The translations under genes and the position numbers were made by a program. The notes beneath the pieces were generated by a model that did no database searches, was not told the origin of the DNA, and was given only the letters and a program-made list of their open reading frames with translations. A stretch of DNA of 52,142 nt from Chara braunii (lineage: Eukaryota > Plantae > Charophyceae): NCBI GenBank assembly GCA_003427395.1, contig BFEA01000001.1, forward strand, positions 6,902,890 through 6,955,031, written 5' to 3'. Of this stretch, positions 25,321 through 37,737 are shown in pieces. Position 1 is the first letter of the stretch. The number at the start of each line of letters is the position of its first letter.

Positions 25321-28300
25321 TAGGAAAAAAAAGTGATCAGAGGCAGCTTGAACGAGGAATTGACGAAGGCAGAGATAAGGAAGCAAAAGAGGGAGCAAGG
25401 AAGACATTGACAACGATGAGGAAAAAGAAAGAGAAAGGGGGTGAAAAAAAAGCATGCACATGGATGGCTTTCAAGGCAAAAATGGGCTAATGTGCCTTCC
25501 CAAATTCTAGGGGGAAGTTCATTCTCAATTTGCCTTATTTAGTAAGTGGTAGGCATGACGACACTACTCCTCGTGACCGTATTCGTGACCGTGGATGATG
25601 GTCTCCTCAATGGTGTTCGTCTTCATTTAGGCGACCTTCGTCGTCGCAAGCGTTCGCCGGGCTCGTATCCATCATAATTGACGTACTCGTCATTACGTTG
25701 ATCATCACGGTGTAATTCGAAGTGCGCATCCTCATTTTAAATGTCGTCACGGTGTTCGTTGTCGTCCTGCTACCTTGCTCGTCAGGATGACCAAGATGAC
25801 CAATAGAGATGTATTTGGCGATGATATAATGGAAGATTCATCTCATTTGCACTTTTGGTGAGTAGTGGAGCAAGCCTCATCTGCGCGACACCCCTTTCGT
25901 TCCGTTCATCGGGCCCCCGATCGAAATCGGCTGCAAAACCGAGAGGGATAGCCTCGCGGGACCCTCAACCCCTCGGTTTCCTTCAATCATGCTCTGCAAC
26001 TCCTTTCATTGCCTGGAGTTGGCCTCAGTCCCTCAACCTGTTGCATAGAAGTTCAATGTCGTGACCAAAACGGCTAGACCCAAGTCCGAATGTACTAGGC
26101 ACAAACTTTAATATAAATGGGTCTACCATGTACCCGAGCCTATAAAAACTCACCAAGGTCGCACCTTGGCCTATCAAACCACCCCAAAGCCATAACTTGG
26201 CCTACCGACCAAACCCGCGGCTGCCACGCTTCCTCACTCCCCACGGGACGACTCGCGTTTACACCCGCCTTGCACACCCTTATCGTTGTCGATCTTAGAC
26301 CCTTACAAATAGTGATTCTTCCTAGGTCGTACTCCCATCGTGTATGTCGGCGAACAAAAAACTCCAATTTTTCTCGGTGTCGGCCTTCGCTTACGTATGC
26401 CACGTTGGGGTCCCTGGTTTCCCGCGCTATGTAAATCAAACATTATAATCACTCTCCTTACGAATTTTATACTATGTGGGCTCAATCGTCACCTAAAATA
26501 AAGTCAACGATAAACATCTTTAAGTCGTGGCGCCAATAGTCGGATCTGATGATAGCCGTGGCGAAGCCCTCCACGCACACCTGCCACAAACAGACGTATC
26601 TACCAAAGAAAAAGATCGTTCAATCCTAATTTAATCAAAGTAAAATTGTCTCCAATAAAATACCGGTTCACGATATGCTAAGATCACGGGCGACTTAAAC
26701 TACGGCGCCAACACACTCTCTACTACGCTTGCATAGTTTACTGCACCGCCGACCGTCGGAAAACCGACCGCACTCATTCAAAGTTTCCAAACTTCAATCC
26801 AAATTTTATCTTTGTCTCTTGTAAAAACAAGGACGAATACCCTTATAAGGGTATTTGCGCTGACAACGTTATACTACTATTTGAATTGATTTAGTCGGAC
26901 GTTGGTCCTAAACCTGGAAATTGAGGTCCTTGTTCAGGGCATTCCAGGTTCTTGTTTAGCACAAAAGGGTTCCCCCTAGTTGCCATGAGTGTCGAACGAC
27001 ACATCCTTCAGTCGTTCTATATCGTGAAGGAGACTCTCTTCACAATATTTTGTTTTCGACACTTGAGTGTCATGTGGAACCTTCAAACCTGCGAAGGGTC
27101 GCGTGATTGTAGGTAACACATAAAGCATCCACGTGACAGTCAATCGAGTGAATATGCATAATTGAACGTTGTGGTTCCCCTCACCCGTGCGTCCCTCTTA
27201 TACATTTTCATGCGGGTCACATCTTATATTCACACACAACACGACTTATGGGTCAAAACGTTTGCAAACAATATTAGTCGCGAATTGTAAGCGATTTCAA
27301 GATTCTTGAGTGAGAAGTGTAGTGTGGTTATACTGATCGTCCTAATGTACTGACATAAGATCGCGTTTGAGAGATCAACGCCCCAAGTGTCGGTTCTCAT
27401 ACAGGTTCGATTCAGGTGTTAACCGCTCGTACCTCATATGCTACAACAAACTAAAAATGCAATCGGCTTGGTCACCCCTTCGATTGTATACAAAAAACTT
27501 TCATACGTGGTTTTGTAGCTCGTTGGGGATATGCCTACCTAAGGATGGTGGCAACTCCTTCAAGTTGGGCAAAAAAGTTCTACCTCGCATGACCCTATCA
27601 TGTCGTAAGGGTTCACGAGAGGTATGACTGGCGCACTCAGCCGGAGCAACACCGCTCCTCAAATGCTTTGCGTCCCAAACTGCCAAAATCCGGCGTAACG
27701 TGGTCGGGACGGTCCCATTGCGGGACCAATGCTCTCGACACCGTAGTGTTATCTTGGCTCCCTGCTCCCAATTTCGTTGTTTCTACCTTTCTCTCTTGCC
27801 CTTTCCTCTTCTTTCCGGAAAACAAAAAAAATGCGTCGTTCGTGTTGTCTTCCTACTTCCCCTCTAACCCCCCCTCCACACCAATGTCATGACCATCATC
27901 CCTTCGTTCCCCCTCATGTTCAACAAGCGATCATCGTTATTGTCAGCAAAATCGTTACCTCATCATGATTTTTTTTTTTTAATTTTTTTTTTTTTAAGGC
28001 TAATTCTTGAAACCCAACCAATTCAAGTACATGTCGAATCTGGACAGGATGGTCTTTCAGAAATTTTTTATTGTCATTATAGTATTACAGGAACCCCGTA
28101 GCAACCACATTTGTGCTTAAGTCTCCAATGAGGGAACATGCGGGAGCTTCACCCACTAGTAGGTGCGATCCCTGCTACAACAGGTGGGCGATACCAGCCA
28201 GGGGTCAACCGGTAGCATCAGAACGGAGCTTCTTTAATGGGTCTGTCACTATGCCTCCCCTCCGGCCCCCTCCCCCCATGATCATCAGCAGTCTCTGCTC

Positions 28301-28955
28301 AATGCCACTCGGGGGGACCAACGACATATCTCTAGGTAGCGGGGGCCAAGTTTGCCCAGGAAGGTACTCGGGGGGGCCAACGACATGAGGCCCCCCCCCT
28401 CCGCCCCCCCTCACTTCCATTTTTCGTTATTTTTTGTGTGTTTTCACTTCCTGTCGCTTTGTCATCCCTTTACCGTCGTCATTCGACAACACGGAGGAGT
28501 TGTTGCTCTCGATTTGGATCATAAAAACTAATCCCTGTTCCGCTTCATAGCCTGAGTGGCAAATTGGCATGATTTGTTGCCCCTTCCGCCAGCCAGGTGC
28601 TAAAATGATGATGGAGAGCAAAGACACCGTCGAGAGGAGACACAACCCTAATTCGCATAGTAGTGCAGTGCTGCATTGGTACGGTGGCTGCACTCGACTA
28701 GGGGACTGGGATGACCTGCATGAACTTGTTGAGAGAGGATTCAAGCAGCGATCGGGGTGAAAAGAAGGGACGGGAACCTTGCAGGAGAGGTATGTTTTAT
28801 CAATCCGTGTCCGCCTCTACTTCCTCTCTATCACACATACCCTTTTCTATTCACTTATTATTTCTACTTTTGTCGTGTAGTTCCTCTCTTTCTGTCTTTC
28901 TCTCCTTCTCTCTTTATCCATTTGCCCTCATTTTTCCCTCTCCCTCTCTCTTTGC

Positions 28956-28956
<1 letters not shown>

Positions 28957-29038
<82 letters not shown>

Positions 29039-29226
29039 NNNNNNNNNNNNNNNNNNNNNNNNNNNNNNNNNNNNNNNNNNNNNNNNNNNNNNNNNNNNNN
29101 NNNNNNNNNNNNNNNNNNNNNNNNNNNNNNNNNNNNNNNNNNNNNNNNNNNNNNNNNNNNNNNNNTGTCTATCTAGGTAGTCTATGTTTGCTTCTTTATT
29201 CATCTAGCTCCCTCTGTTCTGTGTGT

Positions 29227-29304
<78 letters not shown>
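28957..29304. repeat. (CT)n, assembly gap (29039-29165) and (GT)n/(GA)n microsatellites
   Basis: Direct observation. Confidence 0.95.
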
Positions 29305-30879
29305 TGTCGTGGGAGGGGCAGTCAATTTTTGTGGTTAGTTGGGAGGGGTTGATGGAGCTTGGGTTTTGGCGTTTGTCTTTTTCTTCTGCCTTATATCAAG
29401 TGTTTCTTGCACTCGTCATCTCTCCTCTCCCCCTTGTCCATACTTCACCCTACCCCCTGCGGCCCCTACCCGCTCCCCCACTGAACCTACCGAAGCTGTA
29501 AACAGAAAGGGCGAAGCGATCCTTCTACACGAACAACGTTAGGCCTCTAGAAGGCTTGAGGAGGTTCACAGACCTCCTCGGCGATGATACTACCGGTAGT
29601 AAGTCCAAAAAAAAAAATCGGAAAGGAAAAGCAAACCTTTTGTCCTTCCTCCCTACCGCCATTGTCTTCTTCTCCTCTCTTTCCTTCTTCTCATCGCTCC
29701 TTCTTTGACCCGGCTCCACAAACATGCGTTATTGACCTCTTTGTCCCCTCTTACTACTCTCTCTCTCTCTCGCCTGTGTGGCGAGTTGGCAGGAGAAGGA
29801 AAGTGGCTTTATCTCCCTCCTTCTTCTTCTTCTTGTTTTTTCACCTTTTCTCCCTCTTCATCTTCTTCTTTTTCTCTCTCCTCTTCTCCGTCTTCCTCTT
29901 TTTTTATCCCTCTCTTGTTTTCCTTTTTCCTCTCCTTTTTCCTCTCTCTCTCCCTGACCCCCATCTTCTCCTTCTTTTTATATAGTCTCTTCTTCCCCCT
30001 CTTCTTCTCCTGCCCGCTACCAACGTGAGCATAGGTTAAGAGTAAAAATGAAAAACTCCTTGCCATCCTTGTTTCCGGTGCAAAGGATTCTGACTACACA
30101 ACACACCCTCATTTTAGCGCCACCTGACCGAAAATGTAGCGTGTATACATTCAAAATCACGGTGTGTTATATTCGGGGTAGGACAGTAGTTGTTGCTTGC
30201 GGGAACCACTCTTTAACCCCAGTGACACAATGACATTTATTCTCTATAAGAGAAGGAAGGGATAACGACGAGGAGGGAGGAGGGAGGAGGAGGGAGGAGG
30301 AGGAGGAGGGAGGAAGGGAGGGGGGGAGAGAGAAATGTTGGAAAAGGGAAAGAGGGGGGTATGGTGGAGGATGAGGAGGTGGAATGATAAAGCAGAGAGA
30401 CAGTATGCAACAAACATCGTAACAAAAGATTAAAAAAAAAAAAAAACTCCGCAATTTTTTTTTTTTTTCAATATTTTGACAAGTTGCAATTTTTAGAACT
30501 GAATCGAAGTTATTCACATTTAAGTGTTTAACTTTATTCCGAGCGATACTTTTTTTCAAGGAAAAAATTGAGGTGTGGATGAGGAGAAGAAAAATGAGGA
30601 GAGAGGAAGATAAATGTGAAGTCGAAAATAACAAATTTCGACATAGAGGGAGATCAATACACAAGAAAGGAAAATGACCAAGATGAGGATGGGAAGGAGG
30701 AAAAAGATGAAAAATAACATATTTTGATATAGAGAGGGATCAATACACAAGAAATAAAAATAACCTTACCACAAACTTTTTTTTTTTTCATTTTATATAT
30801 ATATTTTTTTCTATCTATTTTTTTTTTTTTTTTTTTTTTTTAGTNAATATCCTTATCATCACTCTCTCCCACTTTGGAT

Positions 30880-31270
30880 CATCATCGCTATCCTCACTCC
30901 ATTCATCCCCCTCCTCCCCCTCCTTCCACGCCACCTCTTCCTGCGTTGCCTCCGTCTCCTCGTCCTCTTCCTCTTCGCCATCATCACCATCATCATCATT
31001 ATAATTATCATCAATAAAAAAATCATGATCTTTATCATTATCATCGTAGTCGTGCTCATATTGATCATCATCATCATCATCATGATGATAATCATTATTA
31101 TAATCATCATCGTCATCACAATAATGATAATCATCAATCATTGTTACATTACTATATCAATTGCCATCAATCATTATCAATGCATATCAATCGTTATCAA
31201 TCATTATAAAATCGTATCAATCCCTGTCGATCATTATTAATCATAATTACTAGTTATATCCATCATGATC
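30880..31270. repeat. (CAT/TAT)n low-complexity region
   Basis: Degenerate trinucleotide repeats. Confidence 0.8.
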
Positions 31271-33190
31271 AATCATTGTCTACTATGGTCGATTATCGTG
31301 AAGGATTATCACCAATCACAGTCTATGATAGTCAATCATAGTCGTATTCTCATCAATTAATCAATCATTGATCCTCAATTATCAACAACGGTCATGAGAG
31401 ACCGATGTACCGCAAATCATAATTAATCATATAATTTATTGTAATTAATCATCATGATGAATCATCACATTATTATGATTTTACCATGTCCTTCTTGTGT
31501 GTATCATCCTTCTGAGCGTCGTTGTCATCTACAATCGAATTGGGATCAAGCTGATAAAAAAAAAGTTGAAAAATAAAAATATTATGCCTCATTCTACATT
31601 TGTCTTTGACCATTTTTTTTTAATGAAAGTTTTTTTTCCCCCACCGAAATTGGGACAAATGGGGCACATATTCATCAGTAGGTATTACAACTGATCTCGG
31701 CAAAGTATTGCTATGTTTGCTATATCAGGAAAAATAAGTTCAAACAGACTCTCACTAAGTCATGAAAACGCGTCACATTAATTTGCAAATGCACGAAAAA
31801 TAAGGTTACTCCTCCTCCTCCTTCTCCTCCTCCCTTTCCCCCTCCCCCATTCACTTCCCCTCCTTCCCCTCCTTCCCCTCATTCGAGAGACGGTTAACGA
31901 AGACCTAAATTTTCAGAGAACTTTTCATGCCATTTATAATAAAACTAAAAAGTCATTTTATCAAAATTTGTCAGCAATTCATAAAGTGGAAACCATACTG
32001 ACCAACAACAAAAAATAATTGAAAAAAATTAAAAAAATATAAAACAACGAAGCAAAAATGCAGTTCCATGTAAATTTTGTCAACATTCAATTTCAAAAAT
32101 CTTGAAAATTTTCAGAAATTTTAGCAAAGGAAATTCTAATGCTCAAAATAAGACCAAATTTGGAACACCCAAACCTTGGCCCAAAACAAAAACAGGAAAA
32201 AAAAAAACCATAAAATTTGTCCCCCAAACCCTAATTTTAGTTTTAGGTCTGTTGGTCAGAACCTAAAAACGAGGGTCCCCGTTAACCATTAATGTCTCCT
32301 TTCCCTCTTTCGCCTTCTTCTCCTCCTCCTCCTCCTCCTCCTCGCCCTCCTCTTCCTCCTCCTTCTCCTTGCTCTCCTCCTCGTCCTCCTTCTCCTCTAC
32401 CCCCTCCTCCTCCTCCTCCCCTTTCCCCTCCTCCTCCCCTCCCCCCCCCGCTTGCTCTCGGTGAGTTGTGTGCATGTTTTCCTCACCCACTGCATCCATC
32501 ACCCCTAGTGTCGGCCATTGCATGCCTTTAGTTAGGCATATCCCCCCTCTATTTCAAACTCCCTTTTCATGGTCGACCCTGCATAGTGTCACCCCTTTGT
32601 TGAGCATTACCCGCCTTGATGGTTTATCTGTTAAGGTCATTGGTTTTGTTCTGTTACCACTCCCCCCTCCTGAACCTGATGACCTATCCCACCTTTGTGG
32701 GTAATTGCCACTAGGAGTTTCAATTCTTAGGCTGCATTTACCCCCTCGAGACCAACACACTCCCTATGGTTCAGCGACACGACATTATCTTGCGCTATGT
32801 TGTTATCTTTTTCTTTTAACACGGAAACAATTACCTCCATGACCTTAGGATTGTATTATTCATGTTGTTGCTAGTTACGATGTGTATATCATACATTTGT
32901 TTTTCTTTATGACATTAGGTAGCTTAGGCTGCATTACATGGACTCACATGGAGTTTGCTCTGCATCTTAGATTTCTCAACTTTATTGTTGCAGAGTTTCA
33001 CTGCTTTTGCGGATAGCGTGTTTATGGCTCTTGCAATCCACTACAGGTATGAGGATCGTGCAGGGGGCCTGTAGCTACCCTGGCCTAGAGCCAGGGCTAT
33101 TTGGCTATTTGTCTGTTCGACCTGTGGGACCAGGCCGGCCTGACCCCACAAGCCGTGTGAGCATTCGGTCCAGTTCTGTCTGATACCACT

Positions 33191-33349
33191 GTCGGTACCA
33201 GTCCAGTCCACTGGGGCTATATCCCAGCTGCGGTCTGTATCTTGATTCATTCTTCATTTGCACAGCTTGGTCGGTACCAGTCCAGTCCGCTGGGGGTATA
33301 CCCCAGCTGCGATCTGTATCTTGATTCATTCTTCATTTACACAGCTTGG
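33191..33349. repeat. 79-bp tandem duplication
   Basis: gtcggtaccagtccagtcc...acagcttgg occurs twice. Confidence 0.9.
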
Positions 33350-33620
33350 AGTAGGAGCGTGTTGAGTCTGCGTCGGAGCTGCACTCTCCCCTCCAGCTCC
33401 ATCTCCATCTCCTTCTTCCTCACCCCTTCGTCTTGAGACTGACGGGACCCCCGTCCCGGCGGGTCCGCCACACTAAGGGTGATGACTAGAGCATTGCGTT
33501 GGCTTGGACTAGAGTGACCACTCCTGATGCAAACTGGCCACAATTTTTAGCTTTTCTACGTGTGGTGAGTGTTGGAGTGAGGCGTCAGTAGAGGCCGCTG
33601 CTCCAGCTTCTGCGGTGGTC

Positions 33621-34343
33621 CTATAAAGTGAAAAGCCGTTTGGCCTCCGCCACTGCCCTATTCACCCTGTACCGGCCTCCCCCGCCTGCCTGAAGTTGTT
33701 GAAGTGAACTCGAACATGACGCCATGCGCGGAACACAACGTAACCCATGCGTTGTACACACAGTAGCCGCCGCCCAGGGGTAGCGTGCAGATTGCGTCCT
33801 GTCGCCCGGGGATACCAGTAGCCGCCGCCCAGGGGTAGCGGGCAGATTGCGTCCTGTCGCCCGGGGATACCATGCAAAATCGTCCCTGTTGCGCAGAGGC
33901 CAGAAGTTGCGGTGCAACTGGCGCCAATCGTGAACTCCATATACTGTGCCCCGCCCGTTGCTGGCAGAAGCTCCTGCCGCTGTTGCTGGCGCTTCGACAT
34001 TGGGGACTGTGAGGTATTCCGCCATCGGACCTCGTCGAATGCGAGGTCGGCATTGTACCCGAGTTGGAAATGCGCAGGCCAGGGCCGTTAGGAGCAGGTA
34101 GGAAAGATTCCTCCTGCCATTTCGACGCCATAAGCGTGCCCAGGCAGCCCGGCCGCCTGGGCGGGGAACAGACGGGGAGGCCGGCGGGACCGCAGGGAAG
34201 GAGGGCGGGATCGCCAGGGGAGGAGGGCGGGGTCGGCAGGGGGGAAGGAGGGTGGACGACGTGGCGGGAGAAGACGCAGAGGAAGGTGGAAGGAGCGAGG
34301 CAAACAGGAGGAGGAAGAAGCGGAGCCACGGTGGTGGCGCCAT
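33621..34343 (-). CDS. Putative secreted/membrane protein exon or pseudogene, unknown function
   Basis: GC-rich open frame starting MAPPPWLRFFLLLFASLLPPSSASS (signal-peptide-like), then a Pro-rich linker. A 55-bp duplication at 33761-33872 shifts the frame. The true frame is ambiguous. Confidence 0.35.
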   Translation of the reverse strand: MAPPPWLRFFLLLFASLLPPSSASSPATSSTLLPPCRPRPPPLAIPPSFPAVPPASPSVPRPGGRAAWARLWRRNGRRNLSYLLLTALACAFPTRVQCRPRIRRGPMAEYLTVPNVEAPATAAGASASNGRGTVYGVHDWRQLHRNFWPLRNRDDFAWYPRATGRNLPATPGRRLLVSPGDRTQSARYPWAAATVCTTHGLRCVPRMASCSSSLQQLQAGGGGRYRVNRAVAEAKRLFTL

Positions 34344-35039
34344 AATCTCCGCTTGCGCCACGTCCGTCGGTCGATCGATCTGGTTGATCGAACGGCTGAT
34401 CCTGAAAGAAGAACTCGGCGGAAGACGTGATATCGACGTCAATTGAAGGACGTGGCGGTTTGGCGCGCCGGATTCCATGGCAGCCGTCAGGCAGGCGGAA
34501 GTACACGCGGGGTTTCCCCCCCTGCCACATGCGACACGCGGGAAGGTGTTCGAGGAAGTTGACGGTGAGGGACAGTTTTCGTGGAAGGCTACGAAGACCG
34601 AGGACGGGTGCGCAATTGTGGCGGGGAAGGGAAAGAGGGAGGGGATAGACGCGCGGGGGGCGGGCCCGAAGATTGGCCTGGGTTTCATCGACAAACTCGA
34701 TGTGAAGTTGGAAATCGGTAGACTTCCTCTCGCCCCCATCGGGCTCTCCTCCATTGTCGCTGCAGGGGTGCAAGTCGGATTGGCACTACAGCTAGCCCTG
34801 TTGACTCCCCTCATTCAGGTCGTCCCTCTCTCTCTCTTTCCCCCCCCCTCTCTCCCTCTCCCTTTCTTCCTCTATCCTTCTTCTCCCTCCCTTCCTCCGT
34901 CCGTCCGTCCATCCCTCCCTCGCCGCCTTCCTCCCTCTCGGCCGCCCTTCTTCCCTTCTCTCCCTCCCTCCCTCCATCCATCCTCCCTCCCTTTATCTGT
35001 CTCTCCCTTCCTCTCAACCCTTCGCTCACACTTTTCTTT

Positions 35040-35141
35040 CGGGGCGAGGTCCCACTTGCACGAATTAAGAGATACTGACCGTAGATAGCAAAGATCAACG
35101 GCCGAAATCTCCTAATTTGCGCAAGTGGGATCTTGTCCCCG
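35040..35141. repeat. ~100-nt imperfect fold-back (MITE- or pre-miRNA-like)
   Basis: ggggcgaggtcccacttgc...gcaagtgggatcttgtcccc, with pairing nearly to the loop. Confidence 0.75.
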
Positions 35142-35694
35142 GTGTCTATCTCGTCCTTCCTCTCGGTTTCTCTCGCCGCCTTGCTCCCTCTCGGCCGCCC
35201 TTCTTCCCTTCTCTCCCTCCCTCCTCCCGCCCTTTTTCTGTCTCTCCCTTCCTTTCAACCCTTCGCTCACATTTCTCACTTCTGGTCTGCCTCTCTTCCT
35301 CCGCCTCCTGTCATTCTCCGACCTCGTGGGTTCTCCATCGCCCCACCCCGCCCAATAGACAAATGACGATCTGATTCATGCTATCAAACGTCCTCTCGCG
35401 GTTTTAATCTGAACCTCCGGTAGTCTTCGGCCTGCCGCTACTCTTTCTCTCTCTCCTTCAAGTCCGTGCTGCTCCGCCATCTGCTTGCCAGCCTTTCCTC
35501 CGCTTCCACTTTTCCGTTCTGACGTTTCCACTTTTCTTTTCCGAATGCGCGCTCGTCTTCCGATCACCGGTTCCCACCTTTCCCCCCTCTCTCTCTCTCT
35601 GTGCGCCCCCCTCTCTCGTTGCCACGTGTCTCTTTTTATTGTTTTGATGATATGCCTTGTTCCCCCCCTCTCTCTCTCTATCTTTCACACACTT

Positions 35695-36025
35695 NNNNNN
35701 NNNNNNNNNNNNNNNNNNNNNNNNNNNNNNNNNNNNNNNNNNNNNNNNNNNNNNNNNNNNNNNNNNNNNNNNNNNNNNNNNNNNNNNNNNNNNNNNNNNN
35801 NNNNNNNNNNNNNNNNNNNNNNNNNNNNNNNNNNNNNNNNNNNNNNNNNNNNNNNNNNNNNNNNNNNNNNNNNNNNNNNNNNNNNNNNNNNNNNNNNNNN
35901 NNNNNNNNNNNNNNNNNNNNNNNNNNNNNNNNNNNNNNNNNNNNNNNNNNNNNNNNNNNNNNNNNNNNNNNNNNNNNNNNNNNNNNNNNNNNNNNNNNNN
36001 NNNNNNNNNNNNNNNNNNNNNNNNN
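35695..36025. other. Assembly gap
   Basis: Run of N. Confidence 1.
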
Positions 36026-36230
36026 GGGGAGCTGTTGAAGATGTATCTACAGAGATATAATAAGTAATTTGTCCACTCTTGCCTCTCCTCTCTCACTTGT
36101 GCGCACTTAAAGTGAGAGAAAAGGGGAAGAGGGGGGGCCCGCAGGGAGGGCGGGGGGAGAAAGCGGGGTGCAAGGTGTCAAAATAACCCCTGCCTCTGCA
36201 GGATGTGTAGGTGTATTACTATCGTCTTTA

Positions 36231-36320
36231 CCTGAAAAGAACTCCCGGTCATTACAGCTGTATTTGGGGCAACTTTCAGTCTAGATACGGCCGTAATGAC
36301 CGTACGTACGTTCCATTCAG
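36231..36320 (-). mobile_element. ~85-bp hairpin micro-MITE (family also at 37541-37737 and 51080-51164)
   Basis: Reverse-orientation match to gaatagaacg..ggtcgtta...tatctagactgaaa...taatgac..gggcgttctattc. Confidence 0.65.
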
Positions 36321-36460
36321 TGGAGCACGGTAGTCTCTCACTTTCACGCTGCGCTATTAAACTACTGCTACCTTTCGATGAACCTATTGCTGTATTACCA
36401 GGGGGGGTGCGTCGTTTTACAGTTGATCCGTTGGATTGACGATGGCGATCCTACGGCCAC

Positions 36461-36494
<34 letters not shown>

Positions 36495-36831
36495 CTATTG
36501 TTTTTTTTTTGCGCAGAGTTTGCCCCATCCCGTTTTTCAGGAGATGGGTTTATTTTATTGGCAGAAAAAAATGTCTACGTACATTTGAGAAAAAAATGTA
36601 CCTAGAGGAAGGTACGCATAGATAGGCTCAGCGAAAATTTAGACTTGTATTTTGATAGTATGGAAATGGGATATAAGCTTCAGATAAATGTATGCATGTA
36701 TATATATACAATATACATGTGCATGCACATACATGAAGACAGTATGGATGTAATCTCACAGAGAAGCGCGCGGTGGACAGTAAGTAGGCAGGGAGGGGGT
36801 AAGAGGGTGAAAAAGGACAAGAAGCGGGGGA

Positions 36832-36908
36832 GGGCTGTGATGAGAACTGTTTCTTTAGTCGGAGCTTCATCGACAACCCATCAGGAGGTTGAGCCCTCTT
36901 CAGTCTGT
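36832..36908 (-). ncRNA. Degenerate type III hammerhead ribozyme motif
   Basis: Minus strand: CAGACUG-AA-GAGG-gcucaa-CCUC-CUGAUGG-..GUCGA-ugaagcu-CCGAC-..GAAA-CAGU...acagccc. The core is mutated. Confidence 0.55.
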
Positions 36909-36971
36909 TGTTGTCCCTTAACCGGTGATACTGTTAAGAGGCAATGATCCCACCGGTTAAGGGACAACAAC
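36907..36971. repeat. Perfect 21-bp inverted repeat with 23-nt spacer
   Basis: gttgttgtcccttaaccggtg / caccggttaagggacaacaac. Confidence 0.92.
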
Positions 36972-37170
36972 CGGTCCCAGTTTGCGGTGGTTGTGCACCC
37001 ACCAGTTCCAGATTCGCGACACGCTGAGCTGGACACTTAACCGCTTTTCCGTGGATTTTTTTTTTTTTTTTTTGGATGCGGGTAGGAGATGTGAATGGAG
37101 ATTATAAAATTGATAGATATCGAAATAGATGTGTAGATGGATTGATGCTCAGGGAGATGTGAGGAAATGT

Positions 37171-37372
37171 GCGTTAGACCAACCAAGCCCGTGTGGCTGA
37201 ATGGTACACCGGTGGTCTGTGTGATAAACAGTCCTGCGTTCAAATCCCGATGCCATCCATCAGACGAGGAAAACGGCCCTGAACTACCCGGAGCCGGCCA
37301 GTTCGTTCGACGATGGTACTTGGCGTCTGTGGCCGTTCTCCTTTCTCGAAAAAAAAAAAAGAAAAAAAAAAA
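37171..37372 (+). mobile_element. tRNA-derived SINE
   Basis: Pol III box A tggctgaatgg (37194-37204), box B gttcaaatcc (37238-37247), poly(A) at 37349-37372, candidate TSD gaaatgt. A related head lies at about 50733-50760. Confidence 0.7.
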
Positions 37373-37540
37373 GAAATGTTTCTGGATATATTGATGGATA
37401 AATGGGTGATGGATGAACGGAATGGATAAATGAATGGATCATGTTCTGTGGTAGCTCGCACCCCCCCCCCCCCCCCCCCCCCCCCTTCCCCCTCCGAATC
37501 CTCTTTCGCTGAAGGGTGGTTTATTTTCCTTGCCTATCGT

Positions 37541-37737
37541 CTTAACTTGAATAGAATGCCCGGTCGTTATCACTGGTATCTCGTCTGAAATTTGCCCCCA
37601 GAAATGCAGCTGTAATGAGTGGGCGTTGATTTGCCTTGCCTCCCGTCTGGACCCGAATAGAACGCGCGGTCGTTATCGCTGGTATCTAGACTGAAATTTG
37701 CACCGAATACAGCTATTATGACTGGGCGTTCTATTCG
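37541..37737 (+). mobile_element. Two tandem ~85-bp hairpin micro-MITEs
   Basis: gaatagaa(c/t)gc.cggtcgttatc...tgggcgttctattcg occurs twice; the first copy is decayed. Confidence 0.7.

Noticed and set aside
26546-26575. CTGATGA...GAAG hammerhead-like match (also 16503, 22148, 41499 minus, 48684)
   Set aside because: No consistent stem II + GAAA + stem III.
27730-27755. Possible tRNA-Met primer-binding site on minus (cggtgtcgagagc)
   Set aside because: Several mismatches to TGGTATCAGAGC, and no paired LTR was identified.
30815-31240. Asp/Glu-rich and Ile/Met-rich ORFs (also 29809-30066 and 32263-32523)
   Set aside because: Translations of trinucleotide or purine-rich low-complexity DNA.
33761-33872. 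HDV-like ribozyme in the 55-bp repeat
   Set aside because: I could not build the P1/P2/P3 nested pseudoknot or the catalytic-C motif.
37186-37256. tRNA gene
   Set aside because: A and B boxes are present but there is no acceptor or anticodon stem. It is treated as a SINE head.
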